Shown here piece after piece: positions 1 to 9,031 of a stretch of DNA of 29,240 nucleotides. Position 1 is the stretch's first letter; every line of letters begins with the position of its first letter. Under the pieces are notes generated by a model, which searched no databases, was not told where the DNA came from, and saw only the letters and a program-made list of their open reading frames with translations. The stretch comes from a virus (Duplodnaviria; Caudoviricetes): positions 1 through 29,240 of IMG/VR virus record IMGVR_UViG_3300009786_000055; one strand, written 5' to 3'. A program made the position numbers and the translations under genes.

Positions 1-167
1 CCTTCGGTTAAAAAAATAATCCGGCGCTCCTCGCCTTTGGGTAACCAAAATCTAGATGTTACGCTGCCCGCTCTTTTAACGGTATCGCTACCGAGATCGC
101 TTCCAACTAAACCGCCATCACTTACTTCCCACGGTTTGGAAGTTGCTTTTTTTTTCTTCTTCGCCAT
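1..167 (-). CDS. Probable phage single-stranded DNA-binding protein, N-terminal part (runs off window)
   Basis: Not in ORF track. ATG at 167 abuts the primase stop and reads MAKKKKKATSKPWEVSDGG...SRFWLPKGEERRIIFLTE, open to the edge. RFWL..GE...I.FL resembles phage gp32-like SSB N-termini; lies next to primase. Confidence 0.55.
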   Translation of the reverse strand, partial: MAKKKKKATSKPWEVSDGGLVGSDLGSDTVKRAGSVTSRFWLPKGEERRIIFLTE

Positions 168-1154
168 TTAGATTTCTCCTTTAAGAGATTCAAAAATTGA
201 TGCAAACTTTTTTGGGGACATTGCCCCTACGTCTATTGCTTCGGGCCAATTAGCCCGTTTCAATCCGTAGACTCCCGTTAGGGATTTTTTCATAACATCG
301 AATCCGCGATAACCTGCCTCATCTTGGTCATACCAACATTGAATATTTTTATCAAGTCCTGCCAAGATGCCCGCTTGAGTTTTTGAAATTTCAGCACGCC
401 ACGTGCATACCACATCGGCGTTGTTGTCGGATGCCCATTGATAACACCTTAGTAAATCAAAAAATCCTTCCACAACAATTAACGTGGAATTGGTTGTCAA
501 TTTTTCGATGCCCCCTAGTGTATTGCCGGCGGGGAATCCTAAATAATTCCAATAGCGCGGTTCACCTTCCCCAAGTAATCGACCTACCGCGCCAACCAAC
601 TCTTTGTTTTTATTTCTCACCGGAAATAACACACGGTTAGATCGTGGATCGTATCTTATGTCAAACAGGGTCGCCAATTTTTCATCGACTTTGCGACTTT
701 GCAAATAAAGTCTTGCAACTTCTTCGCTGTAGGCCACCTTAAATCTTTCCAATATAAATTCATCTAAAGTACGAGCGATGCCATCGGGTGTCGATCTAAA
801 CCAATCGTCAAACGATTCGGACATGCTCGAGAATCTAGCAGAAAGGCTAGGCTTATCGGATTCGACAAGTTGTAATGATAGATTTTTTATTTCGGAATCG
901 TTTGTAAATTGGCCCACAGAGTCTACAAGTTCCCATAGTCGCCCCTGCTCCTTACATGCAAAGCATTTGAAAACGGTCCATTTGTCGGCATCGCCGTATC
1001 GGATGCTTAGCGAAGGGTGCGAATCGCTACCGCTCTTGTGCATCCACTTAGCAAGCACACACGGAATCAATACCTGATTTGGGCGTGATGCACTTATCGA
1101 ATCGGTAGCAACACCCAATCTCGAGAGAACAACCATTAAATCGTTATAGGTCAT
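168..1154 (-). CDS. dnaG: DNA primase (CHC2-type zinc finger + TOPRIM)
   Basis: N-terminal C...H..D..PS...CFAC zinc-binding pattern; RVLFPVRN..GAVGR; TOPRIM motifs VVEGFFD and DQDEAG. Confidence 0.9.
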   Translation of the reverse strand: MTYNDLMVVLSRLGVATDSISASRPNQVLIPCVLAKWMHKSGSDSHPSLSIRYGDADKWTVFKCFACKEQGRLWELVDSVGQFTNDSEIKNLSLQLVESDKPSLSARFSSMSESFDDWFRSTPDGIARTLDEFILERFKVAYSEEVARLYLQSRKVDEKLATLFDIRYDPRSNRVLFPVRNKNKELVGAVGRLLGEGEPRYWNYLGFPAGNTLGGIEKLTTNSTLIVVEGFFDLLRCYQWASDNNADVVCTWRAEISKTQAGILAGLDKNIQCWYDQDEAGYRGFDVMKKSLTGVYGLKRANWPEAIDVGAMSPKKFASIFESLKGEI

Positions 1155-1169
1155 ACGTATTTGTCGTGC

Positions 1170-1349
1170 CTAATTTTTCTTGCTTTCAAATAATCCACTG
1201 CCTCGCATAAAACGCCCCATCCCCAGTCGATCCTCGTTCGCATCGGCCTGAGTTGGATACGGTCCCGCCCACTTAAACCTACAATCCGTTTTTTTGAATG
1301 GTCCGATATACCACTTGCCTGAGCGTGATTTTTTTACTATCAATTTCAT
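1170..1349 (-). CDS. Small basic hypothetical protein, 59 aa
   Basis: Not in ORF track. MKLIVKKSRSGKWYIGPFKKTDCRFKWAGPYPTQADANEDRLGMGRFMRGSGLFESKKN fills the gap between the 92-aa ORF and primase; GAAGG precedes the ATG. Confidence 0.7.
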   Translation of the reverse strand: MKLIVKKSRSGKWYIGPFKKTDCRFKWAGPYPTQADANEDRLGMGRFMRGSGLFESKKN

Positions 1350-1360
1350 CTGGCACCTTC

Positions 1361-1639
1361 CTAATCGTTATCAGACCGATCAAACGCTTCTTGAGGTTTC
1401 CAATCGGTCACGTGAGTTGTCATTTCTTCAATTTGATTATTGGTGGCATCGCGTCCCTTCGTACACTCCCAATTATCATAAACTTTTGCGTTTGTTACTT
1501 CGTGGCATTCCCAAGACCAACCACCGGGGCAATCATAGGTTTGCGGTTCTTCTTCGTAGACTCCCTGCCAATCAAACGATGCAAAAAGATTTTTTGTAAG
1601 TTCGTGCCCTTCAACTTTTCCGTGCAAAGTGATTTCCAT
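1361..1639 (-). CDS. Small acidic hypothetical protein, 92 aa
   Basis: ATG preceded by GGGGA RBS and a sigma70-like promoter; about 20 D/E versus 7 K/R. Confidence 0.75.
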   Translation of the reverse strand: MEITLHGKVEGHELTKNLFASFDWQGVYEEEPQTYDCPGGWSWECHEVTNAKVYDNWECTKGRDATNNQIEEMTTHVTDWKPQEAFDRSDND

Positions 1640-1651
1640 AGTTAAATCCCC

Positions 1652-1670
1652 AAAGGTTAAAGGTTAAGGT
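1652..1670. repeat. Short tandem repeat AAAGGTT-AAAGGTT-AAGGT in the 5' leader of the 92-aa gene
   Basis: Read directly between the -10 box and the RBS. Confidence 0.6.
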
Positions 1671-1672
1671 GG

Positions 1673-1701
1673 ACTGTATCCCGTATCACATAAAATGTCA
1701 A
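1673..1701 (-). promoter_or_regulatory. Sigma70-type promoter TTGACA-N17-TACAGT
   Basis: Perfect -35 at 1701-1696, 17-nt spacer, TAnnnT -10 at 1678-1673; intergenic, just after the helicase stop. Confidence 0.75.
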
Positions 1702-1702
1702 C

Positions 1703-2974
1703 TTAAAAAGAAACGACCGCTTCCCCCAAATCTTCGGGGGCGTCCCCTTCTATTTCTGAAAAATTCATAGCGGTGGTATCCCAGTTTATTTTTATTTCGC
1801 TGCGAAATTCTCCCGCATTGTCTCTCATTTTGAGGCAACAAATTTCTAACTCCTTACAAATTCGCAAATCTTCATTGGCAAACAATCCAATCACTACATC
1901 AGGATCGGTAACCCACTCCTTAGCAAATCTAACTCCCCATGCCCGCATCGCCGTAGATGATTTTTTATCTTTGCCCGTTTCACTTGCATCCCCATGTTGT
2001 GTTGACACAATCCACGGAATATTAGTTGACTCTGCTGATAATTGTAAACTCCGCACAACATCAACTTGCTGCTCCCAATTACTACGGCCTGCTGCTTGGA
2101 ATCGATACCCACCGTCAATAAATAAAATGTCTGGTCGATATTCCATAACAAATGATGTTGCATCCCCCACCGACCGAATAAGTTGTTTGTCGGTAAATAA
2201 AATGTCACCCTCTCCCGTGGTGTCTCGTAGCACTTCCCGCTTCCAAGTGTCCTCAGTTACATCGTCCATGTCCCCGTTTCGTAAATGCTTAAAAGGTACT
2301 TTGTATTTTATCGAATCCATACGGCGGGCAATACGTTGTGTAGACATTTCAAGTGTAATAAAACCAACCTTTTTTCCTAAACTTAGCGCATGATTTGCAC
2401 ACACACCGAGGAACCATGTTTTGCCAGTATTTTGCATCGCGGTTACTACGTTGAGCGTACCATCCACCCACCCTTGAATCATTCCGTTGAGACCCCCCCA
2501 CGGTGTTTCAACTCCGTGGTAGCCACCTAACCCCGCCAACGAATCGTATAGTTCAATCCGCTTTTTTCCCGACTCACGAAAACTAATTACATCACTTTTT
2601 ATTATCGATTTTTTGCGGTGACTTATTACCGCATCGCTTACAAGTCGAATGGCTTCGTCGGGGTCGCGGCCTTCTAGTTTTTCGGCGGCTTTTCTTAAAT
2701 CACTTTCTAACGATTTACCTAACGACCGTTTGCGCACTTGATCGCAAATATAATCTAGGGGGTCTGCTTCGCTGGGCAACTCGACACCACAATTTTCCTC
2801 TACAATTTTTTGGGATGGCCACTCGCCATGTTTTCGTACAAACTCCAAAACCCACGCCATAGCTTTGGAAGCATCGCCTAAAAGATCAGAAGTATTTATG
2901 CGGTACTCGGAAAGTTTTGTTGTTTCTTTCGCCGATAATAGCGAGCGAATTAACCTAGCGCCTAAACTGTCCAT
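1703..2974 (-). CDS. dnaB: Replicative DnaB-like (SF4) helicase
   Basis: Walker A TAMQNTGKT, FITLEMS, ILFIDG Walker B, PWIVSTQ, KMRD. ATG 2974 (after AAGGAA) is preferred over the track's GTG 3007, which lies inside the palindromic site. Confidence 0.9.
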   Translation of the reverse strand: MDSLGARLIRSLLSAKETTKLSEYRINTSDLLGDASKAMAWVLEFVRKHGEWPSQKIVEENCGVELPSEADPLDYICDQVRKRSLGKSLESDLRKAAEKLEGRDPDEAIRLVSDAVISHRKKSIIKSDVISFRESGKKRIELYDSLAGLGGYHGVETPWGGLNGMIQGWVDGTLNVVTAMQNTGKTWFLGVCANHALSLGKKVGFITLEMSTQRIARRMDSIKYKVPFKHLRNGDMDDVTEDTWKREVLRDTTGEGDILFTDKQLIRSVGDATSFVMEYRPDILFIDGGYRFQAAGRSNWEQQVDVVRSLQLSAESTNIPWIVSTQHGDASETGKDKKSSTAMRAWGVRFAKEWVTDPDVVIGLFANEDLRICKELEICCLKMRDNAGEFRSEIKINWDTTAMNFSEIEGDAPEDLGEAVVSF

Positions 2975-2991
2975 AGATTCTTGTTCCTTTT

Positions 2992-3007
2992 GTGCATACG
3001 TAGGCAC
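2992..3007. promoter_or_regulatory. Palindromic site copy 1, GTGCATACGTAGGCAC
   Basis: Dyad extends to TTGTGC-A-TACGTA-G-GCACAA (2990-3009); near-identical copies at 18085 and 26759. Confidence 0.6.
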
Positions 3008-3010
3008 AAC

Positions 3011-3619
3011 CTAAATGTCAATCAATTTTCCTATTTCTTTTCTAAAATCGTGGCCGGACACTTTTACCGGGTACACTGCTTCCAGCAATGCTGCGGCTAA
3101 GGCTGGCCTAGCCTTCTGTATTTGCGGGGGAGCATGGTTGGTGGTTATGATCGTGCATAACCGGTCATCGACTCGATGCCTTACAAGGGCATCTACGGCA
3201 TCCTCGGTCCACTTCATTTCTGCACGCATAAAATATTCATCGATTACCAACAGCGGAACCGAACATGCTCGAATATAACAACTCACCTCCTCATCAAAAG
3301 GCTCACCATTGATTTGATAGCGGGGTAGGTCGCCTGCACTTATCCAATACCCAACAATCCCACACCGTGCCGCTTCCTTTAGGCACAGGGACGCTATTGC
3401 ACTTTTCCCGGTTGAATACTCACCAAAAAGCAGGAGGCCAGCAGGGGTCAAAATATGGGCCTCTATGTCATCTAAATATCGCCGAATAGTTCCCCGGTGC
3501 TTGCATCCCATCGGGATGCGTTCATACGAGGCGTCCCAATGTACTTTTGGGATGGATAATCGGCGCAGATAGTGATCTGTAATGAGTAGTTGCTTGTTAC
3601 CATCCTGCATCTTTGGCAC
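3011..3619 (-). CDS. dnaC: DnaC/IstB-like AAA+ ATPase (helicase loader)
   Basis: GLLLFGEYSTGKS Walker A, LLVIDE Walker B, TIITTN, VSGHDFR; between initiator and helicase. Start may be the ATG at 3610. Confidence 0.85.
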   Translation of the reverse strand: MPKMQDGNKQLLITDHYLRRLSIPKVHWDASYERIPMGCKHRGTIRRYLDDIEAHILTPAGLLLFGEYSTGKSAIASLCLKEAARCGIVGYWISAGDLPRYQINGEPFDEEVSCYIRACSVPLLVIDEYFMRAEMKWTEDAVDALVRHRVDDRLCTIITTNHAPPQIQKARPALAAALLEAVYPVKVSGHDFRKEIGKLIDI

Positions 3620-4448
3620 CCTCGATTTCCTTTGTATCGGCGCGTGTCGCTAACCCGGTGGTATCCTTTTTGGCGCGCTGCTCAGGTGTAGGGATTCCCT
3701 TTAATCTAAAACGTGAAACACTATCAAAAACTGCTTTGGTACAAAGTAAATTCCAAGTAGGAAAATCACCCGCAGAGAAAATATCTTTTAGCAACTTCCA
3801 ATTTTTCAACGTCCAATCAATAAACTCTTTGGTGGTGTTTATGTCCTCGTTACACCATCGAAGCAACCTCCCGGCATACACGTATTTTGTTTGATAATTT
3901 AAGTCTGGTTTTTGACCCGACAACTTTTCAACCTTGGTACAAAAATGTGTCAGAACTTGCGTAGAGGCTTTTTCTTTTCGTACCAAACCACCTAAAGATT
4001 CGGCAGCAATCTTTTGTTGCACTTTTTGGGATAACTGCTTAGGGCGCTTTGACTCACTGCGTTTATTTTGTTCGTTGGCAAGTCGTACAATTTCGTCTAC
4101 CACTTCGTCTTCTTTGGGTTGAATTTCTTCGGGCAGTTCTTCAACGTACCAATAAACCACCAAATTATTAACCTCCCCCAACTGATACGTATTTTTAGAA
4201 AAGGATTTTAGCCACCCAACATTTGATAGCAGGTCAAACATTGTTATTACTTTGAGTTCAGAAAGTCCCGATCTTTGCGCAATGGTGGGAACATCCAAAC
4301 CACAAACCAATTTGCCGTCCTCTTTTAAAATGCGGGATGTCACCGATTCATTCCTGGCTATATCGCTACGCATAATAAAATAAACAACCAGCGCATCATT
4401 AGAAATAGGTAGGGGGCGACTAAACAAGTCGGAAACAAATTTATCCAT
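3597..4448 (-). CDS. Putative replication initiator (N-terminal winged-HTH)
   Basis: VPTIAQRSGLSELKVITMFDLLSNVGWL is HTH-like; overlaps and precedes the DnaC-like loader, as in initiator-loader modules. Confidence 0.55.
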   Translation of the reverse strand: MDKFVSDLFSRPLPISNDALVVYFIMRSDIARNESVTSRILKEDGKLVCGLDVPTIAQRSGLSELKVITMFDLLSNVGWLKSFSKNTYQLGEVNNLVVYWYVEELPEEIQPKEDEVVDEIVRLANEQNKRSESKRPKQLSQKVQQKIAAESLGGLVRKEKASTQVLTHFCTKVEKLSGQKPDLNYQTKYVYAGRLLRWCNEDINTTKEFIDWTLKNWKLLKDIFSAGDFPTWNLLCTKAVFDSVSRFRLKGIPTPEQRAKKDTTGLATRADTKEIEGAKDAGW

Positions 4449-4451
4449 AGT

Positions 4452-6962
4452 TTAATTAGTACGGTGCGCGGCAACTGTAGACACCTCCCACCGACATTCT
4501 CCTGTGGCCTCCCATTTTAAAGTTGTAGAAATCGAGGAGGCAATGTGTGAATATTCATACTCAAGTAAAGTTTGTTCTGTTGCAGGGGTAATAGTAGCAG
4601 AACCGGTACCATATGTAAAAACTAAAGCAGTTACGCCGCTAACACGATTCGCAGAGAATTTGAATTTATATGTTTTGCCTATGATAGTGGCTATCGTCTG
4701 CTGTGCAAACCGGGCAACCCCCGAATCTTTCATATTAAGTACAATGGTTCCGGCTAACGCACGGACATATTGAAACTCGCTAGGCTCAGCAGCCGCATGA
4801 CGTAGTTGTAGGGTACGCCCTGCCGCTTCCGATATTAGCGTATCATTTGCCCGCATCGTAAGAGTACCTGCGGATAATGATGCGATTTGAAATCTCCCTA
4901 TGTTTTCTGGATGCGCAGAATTTGTAATATAAATCCACTGGTTGGCAATAAAGCCTGCGTCCACGAATCCGTTCGCAGTGTCCGTGATAACGCAGGGAGT
5001 GCCTGCACCTATTGCAATAGTGTTTGCAGAATAGTTAGCTTTGAATGCCTTAGAAAATTTATCTACCCACACCTGCCCTCCCATATATGGAATGTCTGGG
5101 AAAGTAATAAGATTAGAAGAAGGTGGATCGTTGCCTAACGATAAAACATTTTGAACCGTTATCGACATGGTAGCTTGCGGATTTGCAGCATAATTTATTG
5201 TCATATCGACAACCGGCCCCCGTATCGTAACGCCTGTTTGGGGTAGGTCAAATTGTACAACATCATTTAACTTTATGTTTGGATTGTACACCATGTCTAC
5301 TTTGTACGAATTTCTATCTAAATCCACTTCGTTGATATATCGAATGGCTACTAAGTCAGCTTGAGAATTGGATGCAATGTATTCATTATCGACTTCTTCT
5401 CTTGCAATGCCTGCAAAGGTAAGAACATTACAATCACCTAAACTCGCCTCCACTCTGAGCGGGTCGGGTTCATCTGATTGCATATCGTCATCGGACTGGC
5501 CGGCCCTAGCGCCACCGGCAGGAAAACCGGCTTTGTGTACCTCCTCACCACTCTCAAAATCTCGAAGCGCTCTAAGGTCTAAATCTGTTTTTGTTTTGTA
5601 GTCACCGAAACGTACCGCCCCCGACTTCCCGAGGTCTTCTGGAGGTCGATATCCCACCGAAGTAGCCTCCATACCATATTCTAATTCTTCATCACGATCT
5701 ATTGTTTCCCCATCATCCAAAAAGAAAGTAAACCTATTTAAAACCGCAGACGTTCCAACACCCGACATAGTCACCTGTTTTGCAGCCGCCACATTTGCGT
5801 TTATTGCCGCTATGATTGCGTCCAAATCAGCGGTGCCACTTTCAAACGTAACAGTGATTCTTTGCCCTCGAGTCCTGACCGATATAGACGCCGCAGTTGG
5901 CACCGCGTTACATATAATTAAAATTTTACGGCCAAAAATACCCTGCCCTGAAACAGCGGTAGCAGTAATAAAATTAGTTGCGGCAACTCCCCCCAAACCG
6001 GAAGGAGTAAAATTTTCGCGGGTTGCATTTTCTTTAACTTTTACCAATTCGCCTTTACTGTTCCACGCTACATCTTCCACCCCCGGCGACATTCCCATTC
6101 CCTGCTCATCTGATTTAGGAGCATCGGCGTTCCATATGTTGGGTGGTAAGGTAATGGTCCCACCCTTACTAATCTTGGTTACTTGTGACAAACCTGCTGG
6201 TGATGATGCTCCTGTATGGTGTGCCCTAACAACACCACCCGTCCCCAAATTAGCGTTAGCTAATTTTGAAGCTGACCTAATAAAATGCCCCGGTGGGTCT
6301 ACCGATCCTAAATCTTGGCCCCGCACTTTTACAATAGAAGCAGGAGGTTTCGGGGTTAGTTCTTTACCAGCGCCGATAATAAAAGCGGGGGGAATCGTGT
6401 AATCGACGGAGGAACCGGCATCCTTCCACGGAGCAACAATTAGTTTACCTTGTTCGTTTACAAATAAGTAACACGTGGCAGCCTGCGCCAACCTTCTCAT
6501 TTCAGTTAATACATTTTCACCTTTGATAATTCCAGTGTACGTGTACTGCGTAGGCACAGCAGAAAAATCAAACAAGTCTGCGGGCATCCCACAATCGCCA
6601 AGTGCAATCGTATTTAGAATAGATTGGATAGTACCGGTGCCATGTTCGATAACGGGTTTGTTTTGTAGGCGAGAAAAAAACGACACCACCTTAAAACTTT
6701 TTGTTTTTTCACTGATACCCTCAGTGCTTGATATACTTTCAATGATCCCGTACACGTGTTGAATAGACCCGGCTACGTCAGAGGTGGCCACACCTGCCGC
6801 CTGGATCGTAGGTGCAGTCGCTTCTAACGTGCAAGAAATAGGGGACCAATGAGAGGTTACATCGTATTCGTCGTCTTTGTCTACAACCGACATACCCGCA
6901 GAATATTCACCGTGAATTGCACACGAAACATTCCAAGAAACTAAATTTATAAAATTTGCCAT
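4452..6962 (-). CDS. Tail tip / baseplate hub-like protein with accessory domains, 836 aa
   Basis: Hub-like motifs (EMRRLAQ..CYLFVNEQGKLIV; YNPNIKLNDVVQF; terminal beta strands) and a C-terminal carbohydrate-binding-like segment (QQTIATIIGKTYKFKF). Confidence 0.65.
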   Translation of the reverse strand: MANFINLVSWNVSCAIHGEYSAGMSVVDKDDEYDVTSHWSPISCTLEATAPTIQAAGVATSDVAGSIQHVYGIIESISSTEGISEKTKSFKVVSFFSRLQNKPVIEHGTGTIQSILNTIALGDCGMPADLFDFSAVPTQYTYTGIIKGENVLTEMRRLAQAATCYLFVNEQGKLIVAPWKDAGSSVDYTIPPAFIIGAGKELTPKPPASIVKVRGQDLGSVDPPGHFIRSASKLANANLGTGGVVRAHHTGASSPAGLSQVTKISKGGTITLPPNIWNADAPKSDEQGMGMSPGVEDVAWNSKGELVKVKENATRENFTPSGLGGVAATNFITATAVSGQGIFGRKILIICNAVPTAASISVRTRGQRITVTFESGTADLDAIIAAINANVAAAKQVTMSGVGTSAVLNRFTFFLDDGETIDRDEELEYGMEATSVGYRPPEDLGKSGAVRFGDYKTKTDLDLRALRDFESGEEVHKAGFPAGGARAGQSDDDMQSDEPDPLRVEASLGDCNVLTFAGIAREEVDNEYIASNSQADLVAIRYINEVDLDRNSYKVDMVYNPNIKLNDVVQFDLPQTGVTIRGPVVDMTINYAANPQATMSITVQNVLSLGNDPPSSNLITFPDIPYMGGQVWVDKFSKAFKANYSANTIAIGAGTPCVITDTANGFVDAGFIANQWIYITNSAHPENIGRFQIASLSAGTLTMRANDTLISEAAGRTLQLRHAAAEPSEFQYVRALAGTIVLNMKDSGVARFAQQTIATIIGKTYKFKFSANRVSGVTALVFTYGTGSATITPATEQTLLEYEYSHIASSISTTLKWEATGECRWEVSTVAAHRTN

Positions 6963-8725
6963 TATTCAAATCCTGGGGGAATGAGTACGTCTTCCCAACT
7001 CTCTTTCGTTTGCCAAATTTCGTGCGAAAATTCTTTGAACCATCGCGAACAGATAACCTTTTCTAAATCATATCTGCGGCCAGAACCTAGCCCCTCTAAA
7101 AACTTATCTGCCCACTTTAAGTCGTACGTAATTTTACCTTTCCGATAGAGAGGCTTATTTCGTATTACGATCCACTTACCCCGAGAAGCGGCTAGCTCCA
7201 AAATTTCTTTCGCTTTGTTTGTAGGATACAGAGTTAAAAAATCGGTTGCCACAATTATATCAGTTTCGGGCCATTCGTCCAAAAATGAAATATTGCGAGA
7301 AAGTAGTTTTGATTTATTGCTGCTTAATTCAAACGCGGCAACATCTGGTTCAATTCCGTGTACAAACAAGCCACTTGAAATACAGGACTCAATAAATTTA
7401 CCCGTAAATGATCCTAATTCTAAAACTTTAGAATCGTCTCCAAACTTAGTTAGCACCTGCGCCATATGGTAATTGTCGCGCTCAGCGTGATGATTTGTTT
7501 CGTACCCGTCACGGAATCTATACCAGCGGTTTGAATCGGGATAATTTGAATTAGTATCTATCAATTTCAACCATGCGGATACCATCTTTTCAGATGTAAA
7601 ATGTGCAAGTGCGTGTTTATAATTGGAATGAACTATTTGAGACCTAACCTTATCCGTAGCTTTAAATAATAATCTATGAGCGCGGCCTACCATCGCGTTT
7701 ACATTAGGTACTTGATACAAAACACCTCGTTTCGATTCCGACATTGCAGGAGCAGCAAGGCATGGGCTACCCTCGGGGAATAGTTCGGGCATCGTAGTTG
7801 TATTGTTTACAATCTGTAAGCATCCACACATAGACGCTTCAATTGTGGGGATTCCAAAACCCTCGCCTTGTGACATTGAAATTCTTAAATCAGCAACTCG
7901 ATAAAGGTCTGCCATATCGGATCGGGGTAAACCCCGCATCCAATCAAAATTGGTATAAATTACAGTTCCCTTATCTAATCCATACGTCTTTTCAAGTGCG
8001 GGTAAATCGTAGCCATCAACAGGTTTTACACCCTTTTCTATTTTTTTGGTGTGCGCAATAAAACGGATTCTTTTTTCTGTTTTTGTTTGTAACTTTTTTA
8101 TAAAGTCAAAAGAGGCGTCCCACCTTTTATGCCATATGTTTCGGTCCACACTTAAAATAATTATATCGTTGATATCGATAGGTGCATTTAATTTTTCGCG
8201 CCATTTGGATACTAAAAGTTGGCGCTGAACAAGAGGATTTGTAGCGTAATCAGGTGAAAAGATTTTAGGGTCTACCCCGTGCGGTATAACCTCGCTAGTT
8301 TGTACGTGATTAACCCATAGCTCATGCGCAAAGTTTGAAAGATGAACCATGCGCCCCGACTCAACGCGCTTAAAATAATCTTCGCTATCGGGTGGTAGTG
8401 TGCTGCCTTCCCACGGTAGCCAATAAAAAACTAAACAATTACCGGGGGGATATTTAAGCGATGTAAAATCCTGTACGCCGGATGTATGCCAAAAACAAAT
8501 TACTACATCGGGATTGATTAAAGATAATGCCGCATCAACTTTGTCCAAATCACGAATGTTGGGTAATCGCCACTCATCGATATGGTCTAAGGTTTCGTCC
8601 GTCCAAGCAACCGACACGCACGAAACATTGTGACCATGCCTAGAAAAACCATCTACGAGCATCCTAACCTGCTGGCCAAATCCTGACGGATTGCAAGGCG
8701 ATTCACCGACGATTGCAATTTTCAC
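6962..8725 (-). CDS. GT4 (GT-B) glycosyltransferase fused to a class I SAM methyltransferase-like domain
   Basis: MKIAIVGESP..SGFG, VIPHGVD, and EX7E motif GEGFGIPTIEASMCG; C-terminal VLELGSFTG and GIEPD SAM-binding motifs. Confidence 0.88.
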   Translation of the reverse strand: MKIAIVGESPCNPSGFGQQVRMLVDGFSRHGHNVSCVSVAWTDETLDHIDEWRLPNIRDLDKVDAALSLINPDVVICFWHTSGVQDFTSLKYPPGNCLVFYWLPWEGSTLPPDSEDYFKRVESGRMVHLSNFAHELWVNHVQTSEVIPHGVDPKIFSPDYATNPLVQRQLLVSKWREKLNAPIDINDIIILSVDRNIWHKRWDASFDFIKKLQTKTEKRIRFIAHTKKIEKGVKPVDGYDLPALEKTYGLDKGTVIYTNFDWMRGLPRSDMADLYRVADLRISMSQGEGFGIPTIEASMCGCLQIVNNTTTMPELFPEGSPCLAAPAMSESKRGVLYQVPNVNAMVGRAHRLLFKATDKVRSQIVHSNYKHALAHFTSEKMVSAWLKLIDTNSNYPDSNRWYRFRDGYETNHHAERDNYHMAQVLTKFGDDSKVLELGSFTGKFIESCISSGLFVHGIEPDVAAFELSSNKSKLLSRNISFLDEWPETDIIVATDFLTLYPTNKAKEILELAASRGKWIVIRNKPLYRKGKITYDLKWADKFLEGLGSGRRYDLEKVICSRWFKEFSHEIWQTKESWEDVLIPPGFE

Positions 8726-8731
8726 TTTATG

Positions 8732-9031
8732 TCATACTCCGCGTTCTTTCCACCGGGAACCATTGGGGTGCTTGCATCCGTATTCGGGCGTTTCTTCGTA
8801 CCTAGCCAAATTGTGTAAACCTTGCTCACGTAGTTTGCAGCCGCAAATACCACATAGCATCGAACCTTCAGCCGATACATTTACAAGGTCGCAGGTGGCG
8901 CAGATTTCAAGCCGCTTTTTTATTTGATCTGCGGAAACATCTTTCCCAACTAATAATGCTTTTGCAAACGTAAAAGTTTTTTCAATAAATGATTTATTGT
9001 TGTGACTCCAGTCCATATTTTGTTCATTCAT
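8732..9031 (-). CDS. Small Cys-rich (CxxC...CxxCxC...C) protein, 99 aa
   Basis: KRLEICATC, CGICGC, GCKHP..RW; start overlaps the stop of the GT-A gene. Confidence 0.75.
   Translation of the reverse strand: MNEQNMDWSHNNKSFIEKTFTFAKALLVGKDVSADQIKKRLEICATCDLVNVSAEGSMLCGICGCKLREQGLHNLARYEETPEYGCKHPNGSRWKERGV

Noticed and set aside
3597-4448. Lambda-like origin iterons within the initiator gene
   Set aside because: No repeated iteron-length sequence was visible by eye.
5755-5975. Contractile tail (myovirus) interpretation from the sheath-like segment
   Set aside because: The segment is a short insert in the hub-like protein; there is no sheath or baseplate wedge gene in the tail cluster.
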